A stretch of 45,046 bases of DNA. It comes from Anaerolineales bacterium (GTDB lineage: Bacteria; Chloroflexota; Anaerolineae; Anaerolineales; RBG-16-64-43). Shown here one piece after another: positions 34,158 through 42,606 of this stretch. The position numbers and the translations under genes are program-made. How positions within the stretch are numbered: position 1 is the stretch's first letter; each line of letters opens with the position of its first letter. The stretch covers positions 1 through 45,046 of the forward strand of contig JBEKDW010000001.1 in the NCBI GenBank assembly GCA_050014155.1, read 5' to 3'. The notes beneath the pieces were generated by a model. The model did not search any database. It saw only the letters and a program-made list of their open reading frames with translations, and was not told the DNA's origin.

Positions 34158-35546
34158 TTATCCTGCCGCCTCCAGTTCGACCGTCACCGTCGTTCCACGC
34201 CCCGCATCGCTCGCGATCTGGATTTTCCCGCGCATCGCCTCCACCAATTCCTTAGCAATCGCGAGGCCCAACCCGCTGCCGCCTTCGGCGCCCTCGCCGC
34301 GTCCGCGGTAAAACCGTTCGAACACGTGCGGCAAATCCTCGGGAGAGATGCCCTCGCCGTGATCATGGACCGTCAGCAATATTTTCTTCCCCGCGGCGGA
34401 GCTTCCGATTTCGATTGTGCTTCCTTCGGGAGCATGGCGGAGCGCGTTATCGAGCACGATCAGGAGCACCTGCCTCAGGCGGTTCTCCGATCCGATTGCT
34501 CGGCCCGGCAGAGGACCCGCCCGTACCGTCACCTTACGATCCGCGGCAACGCGGCCGAAGGAGCGGGCGACCTCCTCCACCATCGGTGCCAGGTCGATCG
34601 GTTCCCGTTCCATAGGTAGCGCTCCGGCATCGAGCCGGGAAAGCAGCAGGAGATCCCCGACCAGCTGGTTCATGCGATCTGTTTCCGAGATGATCTCCGC
34701 CACCGGTTCCCGCCTTCCGTCGCCCGCGGGCAGCTTGCGCTGGGTCACCTCCGCAGCGGCGCGGATCATCGTCAGCGGCGTCCGCAGTTCGTGGCCGGCA
34801 TGGGCGATGAAAGCCTGCTGTTTATCCCACGCCTCCTGCGCCGAACGCAGCGCGCGACCCGAAAGCCACCAGGAAACGGCGCCCAACACGGCCGCGAAGG
34901 CGACGCCCGCCTCCAGCAGGACCATCGCCAGATTGGCCATGGTGCGGTCCTGATCCGTCAGCGACCGGCCGACTTGCAGCGCCGAATAGCCCGGCACCCC
35001 GATTAGGCGCAGGGTGAGCAGGCGGATCCGACTCCCGGAGGAACCGTCGATGGTCCGAAAATCCAAACCGTTTTGAAGCGCCGCCGAAACGGATTCCGTT
35101 TGGACGGATAAATTCTTTGCCCCGGTGAGGATATCCACGCCGCCGTCCGTGCGAATCGCCGCCAGGGTGATGGGCGAAAGTTCCGCGTCGAATTCCGGTT
35201 CGCCGGTTTGCCATACGGCGGCAGAGCCAACGGCGGGTGCCGGGGTGGTTTCCCCATTCCCCTCTCCTTCGGTCTCGCTGTTTTCCCCGGCGGTTGGAAC
35301 GGCCGCGATCGTCGGCACGCCGCCGCGCCCGGCATACCATTCCAGCTCGCCCCGCGCGAGCGCGGGCGGAAGCGGCTCGCCCACCTCGTGCAGCGCCAGC
35401 GCGGCGCGATGTTCCAATGCGACGTCGATCGAAGTTTGATTTTCTTTTTGCAGAAGGAGATATACCGCCGCGTCCACGCCGGCCACCAGGAGCAACGCTC
35501 CGAGGAGGTACAGCAGCGTTAGGCGGAGGCGGAGAAAACGGAACAT
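34158..35546 (-). CDS. Sensor histidine kinase (two TM, periplasmic-type sensor domain, HisKA + HATPase_c)
   Basis: The start MFRFLRLRLTLLYLL overlaps the regulator stop (TGATG). H-box HAGHELRTPL, N-box LDNALRHAP, and G-boxes DHGEGI and GSGLGLAIA. Confidence 0.85.
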   Translation of the reverse strand: MFRFLRLRLTLLYLLGALLLVAGVDAAVYLLLQKENQTSIDVALEHRAALALHEVGEPLPPALARGELEWYAGRGGVPTIAAVPTAGENSETEGEGNGETTPAPAVGSAAVWQTGEPEFDAELSPITLAAIRTDGGVDILTGAKNLSVQTESVSAALQNGLDFRTIDGSSGSRIRLLTLRLIGVPGYSALQVGRSLTDQDRTMANLAMVLLEAGVAFAAVLGAVSWWLSGRALRSAQEAWDKQQAFIAHAGHELRTPLTMIRAAAEVTQRKLPAGDGRREPVAEIISETDRMNQLVGDLLLLSRLDAGALPMEREPIDLAPMVEEVARSFGRVAADRKVTVRAGPLPGRAIGSENRLRQVLLIVLDNALRHAPEGSTIEIGSSAAGKKILLTVHDHGEGISPEDLPHVFERFYRGRGEGAEGGSGLGLAIAKELVEAMRGKIQIASDAGRGTTVTVELEAAG

Positions 35547-36220
35547 CACGCCCTCAGCCGGTAGCCGATCCCGCGCACCGTTTCCACCACGTCCGGAAGG
35601 CCCGGGCGGCGGAGTTTGGCGCGCAGATAGGAAATGTACACATCCACCAGCGTCGGCTGTACATCGCACTCGAAGGACCAGACGTAATCGAGGATCTGCC
35701 CGCGGGTGAGCGATTGCCTCGGATGGCGCATCATATACTCTAGCAATTTCCACTCGGTGGCGGAAAGATCCAGCGGCGAGTCGCCCCGGCGCGCGGTGTG
35801 GGCGCGCAGGTCCATCACCAGATCGCCCGCGCGCAGCTCGAACGAATCGCCGGCCGGGTCGAGGAACCGGCGCGAGAGCGCGCGGATGCGCGCGAGCAAT
35901 TCATCGAACGCAAAAGGTTTGGAAAGATAATCATCGGCGCCGCTGTCGAGCCCGGCCACCCGGTCCTCCAACTGCGTGCGCGCGGTGAGCAGGAGCAATG
36001 CGGTGGGCAGATGCGCCCCGCGCACCGCGCGGCAGATGGCCGGGCCGTCCCGGCCGGGAAGCATCCAGTCGATCACGGCCACGTCGTATGTTCCCCGCAG
36101 CGCCAGCTCCAAGCCGGTGTCGCCGTCGGGAGCGGTGTCGACGGTGTGCCCTTCCTCTTCCAGTACCTGTTTTTCCAGCCGCAGAAGGCGGGAATCATCT
36201 TCGATGAGTAGAATGCGCAT
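35546..36220 (-). CDS. OmpR/PhoB-family response regulator
   Basis: MRILLIEDD start, receiver residues (DVAVIDWMLPGRDG, K in YLSKPF), and a C-terminal winged helix (LT..E..LLEYMMRHP...VDVYISYLRAKL...VRGIGYRL). The listed 143-codon N-terminal extension runs through repeat copy E and is rejected. Confidence 0.9.
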   Translation of the reverse strand: MRILLIEDDSRLLRLEKQVLEEEGHTVDTAPDGDTGLELALRGTYDVAVIDWMLPGRDGPAICRAVRGAHLPTALLLLTARTQLEDRVAGLDSGADDYLSKPFAFDELLARIRALSRRFLDPAGDSFELRAGDLVMDLRAHTARRGDSPLDLSATEWKLLEYMMRHPRQSLTRGQILDYVWSFECDVQPTLVDVYISYLRAKLRRPGLPDVVETVRGIGYRLRA

Positions 36221-36454
36221 GGCAGGATTAATAATACCCGATCCTTCTTTCGGCGAGCCCGGGGATGGATTGGCCGACTTCTTACTCAAAACGGACACCG
36301 GTTCAACCGATTGGTTCTTCATCATTTTTACTGATAACTCCATCATATTCCGCAAGATTGGAATTGGATTGGAAAAGACTTTCCTCCCGTCAATCAAACT
36401 CCAATGCATTTTTGGCAAAGTGATAACAGTCCATGAGCACAATCCCTTTCGGAT

Positions 36455-36599
36455 GTCATTCCGAGGAACCCCATAGGGGTGACGCCTGTCCCGAGTTTCA
36501 CGAGGGAAGGAATCGGTAACGAGCTGCCAAAAGTCAGGCTCTCCCAATCCACTCGTTACCGATTCCTCGCTCCGTAAAGGCATCGGAGCTCGGAATGAC
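36455..36599. repeat. 145-bp palindromic element (copy E, divergent interior)
   Basis: Termini GTCATTCCGAG / CTCGGAATGAC with arms GGAATCGGTAACGAG / CTCGTTACCGATTCC. It sits in the divergent promoter region between the response regulator and the PepSY gene. Confidence 0.8.
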
Positions 36600-36640
36600 A
36601 CATGAAAGGAAAAATGCACGGTATTTCTTCGGGAGGTCTT

Positions 36641-37147
36641 ATGTCGCAACGAATTGCAATATTTTTATCCGTCGCGCTTACCGCGTTCGTGTTGGTATTC
36701 ATCGGCGCGGCAATAAGCATCAGCCAGTGGGGGCAGGCCTCGGCCGCAAGCCCGACCCTCGATCCGCAGCTACTGGCCCAACTGCAAGCGCGTGAAGCAA
36801 CTTACCAGGCGATGATCGATCAGGCCAACGCTCAGCTGCAGGCGACCGATCCAGCGGCAAGCACGACTTCCACGCTCGCGCCGGAACCGACCGCGACACA
36901 GTATCCGGTCTCGCCGGATCTGGCGATCTACCTCGCGCAGTCGGCTGCGCCGAATTCCTATCTGATCCGGCTCCCCGAAATTGTGAGTTTCCAGGGAACG
37001 GCCGCCTATGAAGTAACGCTCAATACCGGAAAGATCTACATCGATGCCAACAGCGGCCAGATTCTCTACAACGGGGCGGCGGGTCTTTCGAATGCGGCCG
37101 GTTCGAACTCCAGCAGGGGAGGCGAACAGGATGGCGGCGACGATTAG
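36641..37147 (+). CDS. Membrane-anchored PepSY-domain protein
   Basis: GGGAGG RBS before the ATG at 36641, a TM anchor IAIFLSVALTAFVLVFIGAAI, and a C-terminal PepSY-like segment ...AAYEVTLNTGKIYIDANSGQILYNG. Confidence 0.6.
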   Translation: MSQRIAIFLSVALTAFVLVFIGAAISISQWGQASAASPTLDPQLLAQLQAREATYQAMIDQANAQLQATDPAASTTSTLAPEPTATQYPVSPDLAIYLAQSAAPNSYLIRLPEIVSFQGTAAYEVTLNTGKIYIDANSGQILYNGAAGLSNAAGSNSSRGGEQDGGDD

Positions 37148-37159
37148 CGGGAGGAAATC

Positions 37160-37486
37160 ATGGCACCCAAAACGAACCTAAGCGGCACCAAATTTCTGAT
37201 CACAGCGGCGGCGGTCTCCGGCACACTCGGGGGATGGATACTGCTCTCCCTGATCGGATCTGGGAGCAATGCCGGAAACGGATCCAGCCAAGATTCGGCG
37301 ATTCTGGATTTGCTCAACCAGCCGCTGCCGACCTTGGCGCAACCGAACGGATCTTTCTTCGGACCGGTTGTGAACCCGAATACTCCACCAGCCAACCCGC
37401 TAACTTCGCAACAGGCGCTTCGAAGAGTCGTCGCTCCGGCCCAAGCGCCGGGTGCGGTCGCGGTTACGCGATCTTCCCGGAAGTGA
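37160..37486 (+). CDS. Small membrane-anchored protein (108 aa), unknown function
   Basis: An N-terminal TM segment FLITAAAVSGTLGGWILLSLI and a low-complexity Pro/Asn/Gln-rich tail. It lies between the PepSY and ApbE genes on the same strand. Confidence 0.4.
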   Translation: MAPKTNLSGTKFLITAAAVSGTLGGWILLSLIGSGSNAGNGSSQDSAILDLLNQPLPTLAQPNGSFFGPVVNPNTPPANPLTSQQALRRVVAPAQAPGAVAVTRSSRK

Positions 37487-37493
37487 TAAATCC

Positions 37494-38411
37494 ATGACAA
37501 TAAAAGTTTTTGAAGCGATGGGAAGCAGGATAACGGCTGTTCTGGACGGTGACGAAATGGTCAACGCCGCCGAGTTGGATAAACTCCCGCAGCTGTTTGA
37601 GGATTGGGAGTCCGCGCTCAGCCGGTTCCGCTCGGATAGCGAAATCAACTGCCTGCCGTCTTCTTTAGGGGATAATCTCCGGGCCAGTCCGACGCTTTGC
37701 GCCGTACTGGCGGAATCAATTCGCGCGGCGGAGTACACCGACGGGTTGGTCATCCCGCTCGTGCGGGAGGCGCTGCAAGCCGCCGGATACGAAGGGTCGT
37801 TCGAGGACGGGATTTTTCCCCCCGCAACCGGACCCCGCATAAGGATCCGGATCCCGGATTGGCGGAAACTCCGCAGCGATCCTTCGCTGGGAAGGATCGG
37901 AGTGCCGGAGGAGGCACGGCTGGACCTGGGCGGGATCGCCAAAGGCTGGGCGGCCGACCGGACGGCGACGCGGCTGGGACGGCACGGACCCGCGCTGATC
38001 GACGCCGGCGGCGACATTTCCGTCAGCGGTCCGCGCGCCGACGGCTCGCCCTGGCCGATCGGGGTGGGCAATCCATTCGCGGAAAATAATCTGCTCCTGA
38101 CGCTTGCGCTCTCTGCTGGCGGCGTGGCCACCTCCGGAAGGGATTACCGCAAGTGGATTCAATCCGGACGAATGCGCCATCACATCATCGATCCGCGCAC
38201 GGGGGAGAGCGCGGAGACCGACGTGCTCGCCGCCACGGTGATCGCACCCAGCGCGAGCCTTGCGGAGGCCGGCGCCAAGGCAGCACTTATTCTGGGCTCC
38301 CGGGACGGAACCGCCTGGATCGAAGAGCACCCCGAGCTTGCGGGAATGCTGGTGCTGGACGACCGGCGGATCGTCTACAGCCGGCGGTTTTCGGACTACA
38401 TTTGGAATTAA
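37494..38411 (+). CDS. apbE: FAD:protein FMN transferase (ApbE family)
   Basis: LDLGGIAKGWAAD, GVATSGRDYRKW and HHIIDPRTG motifs. The start MTIKVFEAMGS is chosen. Confidence 0.85.
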   Translation: MTIKVFEAMGSRITAVLDGDEMVNAAELDKLPQLFEDWESALSRFRSDSEINCLPSSLGDNLRASPTLCAVLAESIRAAEYTDGLVIPLVREALQAAGYEGSFEDGIFPPATGPRIRIRIPDWRKLRSDPSLGRIGVPEEARLDLGGIAKGWAADRTATRLGRHGPALIDAGGDISVSGPRADGSPWPIGVGNPFAENNLLLTLALSAGGVATSGRDYRKWIQSGRMRHHIIDPRTGESAETDVLAATVIAPSASLAEAGAKAALILGSRDGTAWIEEHPELAGMLVLDDRRIVYSRRFSDYIWN

Positions 38412-38485
38412 ACTTTTCCTTCCCGGCTCTGCGTAATTGAGAGACGGGCGCGGATAACGGAGAGGGCGTAGAAGAGAGACCTATC

Positions 38486-39211
38486 ATGAAAAATCAATCC
38501 AACGATCCAAACCTCGACACAATTCCGGCCATGGGATTCTTTACCCTGATGGCGCTGCTATTCGCCTCGGTCGCGGGCGCTTTTTCGGCGGTGTTGCTCC
38601 TCCCAGCTGCCATTCCCGGTCTGACCGGATCCCTGCTCGGTCCGGAGCCGAAAGTGTACTGGTACCTGGCGCGCTCGAGCGCCTGGGTGGCGTATCTGCT
38701 CTTGTGGCTCTCGATGATTTTCGGACTCCTCATCACCGGAAAAATTTCGCGCGTTTGGCCCGGCGGACCGGCGGCCGTGGACGTTCACCAGTTCGTCAGC
38801 CTGCTGGGCATCGCCTTCGCGCTATTTCATGGTCTCATCCTCACCGGCGACCGGTATATTGGTTTCTCGGTGGTCCAAGTGCTGGTCCCGTTTTCCAACC
38901 CCCTCTATCGTCCCTTTTGGGTGGGCATCGGCCAGATCGGTTTCTACACGCTCGTTCTCGTTGGATTATCCTATTACGTCCGTCGTTCGCTCACCCCGCG
39001 CGTCTGGCGGCTGATTCACTATCTGAGTTTCCTCACCTTCCTGCTTGTGCTGATCCACGGGATCACCAGCGGCAGCGACAGCGCGCAACCCTGGGCGATG
39101 CTGGCCTATTTGATGACCGGCGGAAGCGTATGGTTCCTGACGGTATACCGGGTCGTCTCCACGTTGTTCGACCGCATGTTGCGAGCTTCACGACAAACGG
39201 CGCAAATTTAA
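38486..39211 (+). CDS. Ferric-reductase-like transmembrane (MsrQ/YedZ-like, di-heme b) protein
   Basis: Six TM segments with four conserved-position His residues (VDVHQF, ALFHGL, RLIHYL, VLIHGI). Confidence 0.65.
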   Translation: MKNQSNDPNLDTIPAMGFFTLMALLFASVAGAFSAVLLLPAAIPGLTGSLLGPEPKVYWYLARSSAWVAYLLLWLSMIFGLLITGKISRVWPGGPAAVDVHQFVSLLGIAFALFHGLILTGDRYIGFSVVQVLVPFSNPLYRPFWVGIGQIGFYTLVLVGLSYYVRRSLTPRVWRLIHYLSFLTFLLVLIHGITSGSDSAQPWAMLAYLMTGGSVWFLTVYRVVSTLFDRMLRASRQTAQI

Positions 39212-39406
39212 ATCCCACGGTCGCCGCGCCGGGGATTAACACCGCGCGGAAGCGACGTTTGCCTCTGACGATGCGCCAAAGCGGGGTTGAATTGGTCATA
39301 GTGTATGATTATCCATATCCGTTTCCGTGTCTTCCGTTTCACTCGGTGGATTCCGTGTACTTTTTCCATTGCATGACCAAACGGAAACTTTTTGGGTAGA
39401 CAGTCC

Positions 39407-40030
39407 ATGACCAAAGAAAAATTCTATGTTGTCTGGAAAGGCCGCAAGCGGGGAATATTCACCTCGTGGAAGGAATGCTCGGCGCAGGTGAACAGATACA
39501 TAGACGCCCGCTACAAGGCGTTTGAATCCCGCGAGCTGGCCGAGCAGGCGTTCCGCGGTCGCTACGAAGATTATCGCGCTGGGAATACCCGCGCGGCCAA
39601 GCTCAGCCGGGCGGGCGGCGACGTCCCGCCGCCGGATTCCATCGCGGTGGACGCCTCCTGTCCGGGAAATCCCGGGCCGGTGGAATACCGTGGGATGCTA
39701 GTTGGAAAAGGGCGCGAGGTTTTTCGGCAGGCGCCGGTTAAGAACGGTACGAACAACATCGGCGAATTCCTGGCGATCGTCCACGCGCTGATATATTTAA
39801 AGGAACGCGGTCTCGCCTGGCCGGTATACAGCGATTCGATCCAGGCGATTCGCTGGGTGAAGGAAAAACACTGCAATACGAAAATTCCGCGGACGGAGGA
39901 TACCCGGGCGATTTATGCGCTCATCACCCGCGCCCAAGCCTGGCTGCGGGAGAATGCCTACGCGAGCGAAGTACGAAAGTGGAAGACCGACAAGTGGGGG
40001 GAAAGCCCGGCGGATTTTAATAGAAAATAG
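39407..40030 (+). CDS. rnhA: Ribonuclease HI with N-terminal hybrid-binding (viroplasmin/HBD) domain
   Basis: The N-terminus FYVVWKGRKRGIFTSWKECSAQV..Y..ARYKAF is HBD-like. The C-terminal RNase H motifs are AVDASC, NNIGEFLAIVHAL and VYSDS. Confidence 0.75.
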   Translation: MTKEKFYVVWKGRKRGIFTSWKECSAQVNRYIDARYKAFESRELAEQAFRGRYEDYRAGNTRAAKLSRAGGDVPPPDSIAVDASCPGNPGPVEYRGMLVGKGREVFRQAPVKNGTNNIGEFLAIVHALIYLKERGLAWPVYSDSIQAIRWVKEKHCNTKIPRTEDTRAIYALITRAQAWLRENAYASEVRKWKTDKWGESPADFNRK

Positions 40031-40043
40031 TGAGACTACTCCG

Positions 40044-40068
40044 CCTGAGATATCTCAGGAATTTTTTA
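40044..40068 (+). terminator. Rho-independent terminator after the RNase HI gene
   Basis: CCTGAG-ATAT-CTCAGG hairpin within a perfect 16-nt palindrome, followed by AATTTTTTA. Confidence 0.6.
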
Positions 40069-40137
40069 TATTTCTTCAAACATATAATCAATACGCCAGG
40101 CCCGCATATGGGAGTCGCAACCGAATAGAAGCTAATC

Positions 40138-40190
40138 GTCATCCCTGCGGAAGGTTGCCCCCGGCCGGCATGCCGGGGGTGGGCGATGAC
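40138..40190. repeat. 53-bp hairpin element with GTCATC...GATGAC termini
   Basis: GTCATCCCTGCGGAAGGTTG CCCCCGGC-CGGCAT-GCCGGGGG TGGGCGATGAC, with an inner 8-bp GC stem. It is a short relative of 6408-6463. Confidence 0.55.
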
Positions 40191-40258
40191 ATTTTAATCT
40201 TCAAGTGCCGTTCGAGAATATTTACCGTCCGTTGAGTTTGGGTTTTTCGGAAGAGATC

Positions 40259-40942
40259 TCATCTGCCGGAAAGCAAATCCTCCAGCGGGCGGTCATTGAT
40301 GAAGATTAAGACGGAATGCACGGTGGAAAATTGGAGCGCCGTCTGTTTCAATTGCGCTTCCACACGCGGTGAATCGCATTCGCCACCCAGCGTGAGCGTG
40401 CCGCCAAGGTGGATCGTGGCCGTCCCGGAATTGATGGTGATATCTCCCACGGTGAGATGGGATTGATAGAGCGCGTTATAGAGCCCGGATTCTCCGTAAA
40501 ATTGATCGTGGATGGCCAGCAGCGATGTGAGGGCCGCACGCAGCATGCCGGTGGTGTAAGGGACGTGCAGGGTTACGGCGACGGCGCTATCCCCACAACC
40601 CACGAATAAGCCGGATCGCCCTTGATCTTCCACCGCGATGAGAAACACTTGGACGGTCATGTCGGTCGGTGTGTGGGAGGGAAGAGTAGGGATGGAAGTT
40701 GCGGTGATGGTAGGGGGCGGGAGGGTAGCCGTGGATGGGATACCGGTGTTTGTAAGCGTGATCACTGGTTGGATGGTGGGTGAAGAAGTCATCAGCAGAG
40801 TGGTTGGGGCAACCGCATTGGTTTGGGTGGGAGAAGACAGGTTGGCTACCGGTGATGGATTGGAAAGATTGCAGGCGGAAAAGAAAGATCCGGCTGCAAG
40901 AAGATAAATCCAACGTACAGGAAGCCATCTTGATGGCTTCAT
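40259..40942 (-). CDS. Lipoprotein with Pro/Thr linker and GerMN-like domain
   Basis: Lipobox FFSAC and a PT-rich linker. The C-terminal domain VQVFLIAVED....LFVGCGDS.V.V......T....AALT.LL......SGLYNAL......V..I.I..GTATI.L resembles GerM/GerMN. Confidence 0.6.
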   Translation of the reverse strand: MKPSRWLPVRWIYLLAAGSFFSACNLSNPSPVANLSSPTQTNAVAPTTLLMTSSPTIQPVITLTNTGIPSTATLPPPTITATSIPTLPSHTPTDMTVQVFLIAVEDQGRSGLFVGCGDSAVAVTLHVPYTTGMLRAALTSLLAIHDQFYGESGLYNALYQSHLTVGDITINSGTATIHLGGTLTLGGECDSPRVEAQLKQTALQFSTVHSVLIFINDRPLEDLLSGR

Positions 40943-40956
40943 TTCAATTCCATCCT

Positions 40957-41508
40957 TTACTTTCTGAGACCCGGTGTCTTGCCTGGGGATGCATTCAAGT
41001 GGACTTTTGTTTCGGCGAGCTTACAGAATCGCTGCCAATCGGAATCGCTGTGAAAAAAATCCCGCGGAAGCGATAAAAACCCGGCTGCCCCGGTTTTTAA
41101 TATTATACCATCCGGTTCGAGGATCATTTCGCGGAATGAATCCCAAAGGATATTTCGGCTTGAAGCGGAAAAGGTGATTCCCCGGGTGTTCACCCGTCCC
41201 TGCCATTCGACATGAACCGACGGATCTCGCCAGAGTCGTATCGCGACGTATACCGGAGCGAGGAATGGTTCCGCCAATAGAAGGAAAAAAATCAAAAGTG
41301 CCACGATATGCCACATGAGGCGACCGGCAGCCAGCAACGGAAGAGTCCGGTCCGGAGCCAGGTTCATTTGATAGGCGAGATAAAGCGATGCGAGAGCGAC
41401 CGCCAAGAAGGCACGACTGGCGAACATCCGGAGCGTCGGACGATACGCAATATAAACTACATGGAAGTAAGCGGCGCGATGGTGATGGCCGGAGAATTCG
41501 ATATCCAT
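40957..41508 (-). CDS. YcxB-like membrane protein (two TM + bacterial PH-like domain)
   Basis: The start MDIEFSG is preceded by an AAGGA RBS. Two hydrophobic hairpin helices are followed by a soluble segment GITFSASSRNILWDSFREMILEPDGIILK. Confidence 0.5.
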   Translation of the reverse strand: MDIEFSGHHHRAAYFHVVYIAYRPTLRMFASRAFLAVALASLYLAYQMNLAPDRTLPLLAAGRLMWHIVALLIFFLLLAEPFLAPVYVAIRLWRDPSVHVEWQGRVNTRGITFSASSRNILWDSFREMILEPDGIILKTGAAGFLSLPRDFFHSDSDWQRFCKLAETKVHLNASPGKTPGLRK

Positions 41509-41689
41509 TTTATCCTTGCCAAGGTTCTGACTATGGATATTGTACCGCGAGAAAACAACCCCGATGGAGGAAACCCCGGCGGATTTCAATAGAAAGTGAC
41601 CAAGAATATTCAAGGGTCGTATATCGACAGATTGCTCCCTTCTCTCTGGGTCAACAGGGAGAAGGGATGGGGATGAGGGGAAATCGAAA

Positions 41690-42475
41690 TTATTCCAACT
41701 CTTTATCTACTATTTCAAAAAACTTCTTCCGCGCTTCCCGCTCCCTCCACGGTGCATGCCCGCAGTTAGGAAGCAGGATGAACCTGAAATCCTTCAAGAC
41801 GGATTCCAGCGGTTGTTGAACACCCTCCGCCGGATGCGGATCGTAATCGCCGTGGATCGCGACGACCGGGCAGCGGATCTGCTTTCCGAGCTCGAGCAGC
41901 TCGCCGCTGGCGCGCATCGCCGCGGCAGCGGACCATACCCGTTGATTGATATCAAATTGAACCGGGATTTCCTCTTTCTCGTCGGGCAGCGGGCTGAAGG
42001 AATCCGCCGCAGTCATGATTGCTCCGAAGCGGTCCAGCAGGTCATTGAGATCTTCCGTCGCGGAATCTTCCAAGGCAACGGTGATATCCTCCAACTCGCG
42101 CCTTTGATCCTTTGTGAGCCGGCTCATGCGCGTTGATTGGATCCTGGCGACGTATCGGTCTTCGAACGGCGGGCAGCCGACCAGGATGAGCTTGCGCACG
42201 ATATCCGGATACCGGGCGGTGAGGATGTATCCTAGCCAGGCGCCCCACGACCAGCCGATCAGTGTAACGGGAAGAACGGCGTGCGTTTCCAAAACCTCGC
42301 GCAATTCCTGCACTTCGCCTTTAAGCGTGTCCGCCGTCTGCAGCGGTTCCAGCACGCCGTGCTCGCGCGCAAGTTCCTGTGCCATGGGAGCCATTTCGCC
42401 CGGCGCACCGGGCCCGCCGTGCAGCACGGCGATGCGGAAAGGTGCTTTTCCGTACAGCCTTAGGTTTTCCATCAA
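41690..42475 (-). CDS. Alpha/beta hydrolase (proline-iminopeptidase-like)
   Basis: HGGPG oxyanion motif, nucleophile elbow GWSWG, and a C-terminal D...H (CGHAPW). Confidence 0.75.
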   Translation of the reverse strand: MMENLRLYGKAPFRIAVLHGGPGAPGEMAPMAQELAREHGVLEPLQTADTLKGEVQELREVLETHAVLPVTLIGWSWGAWLGYILTARYPDIVRKLILVGCPPFEDRYVARIQSTRMSRLTKDQRRELEDITVALEDSATEDLNDLLDRFGAIMTAADSFSPLPDEKEEIPVQFDINQRVWSAAAAMRASGELLELGKQIRCPVVAIHGDYDPHPAEGVQQPLESVLKDFRFILLPNCGHAPWREREARKKFFEIVDKELE

Positions 42476-42516
42476 CCTCTCCGCTGTGTGAATTTAACTC
42501 TCGACATGCTATTACC

Positions 42517-42606
42517 ACAGATTACACCGATATCCATACGGATTTCACGGATTATTTTTAATTTTCTCCTCTGTGAAATCGGTGATTATTTCCGTGTAAT
42601 CCGTGA
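42517..42606. repeat. Cluster of short TCAC(C/G)GAT(T/A) motifs, two forward and two inverted, overlapping the mtaB stop
   Basis: CACCGAT at 42525-42531 pairs with ATCGGTG at 42578-42584. TCACGGATTA at 42545-42554 pairs with TAATCCGTGA at 42597-42606. It gives the characteristic artefact translation ...DYTDIHTDFTDY. Confidence 0.6.
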
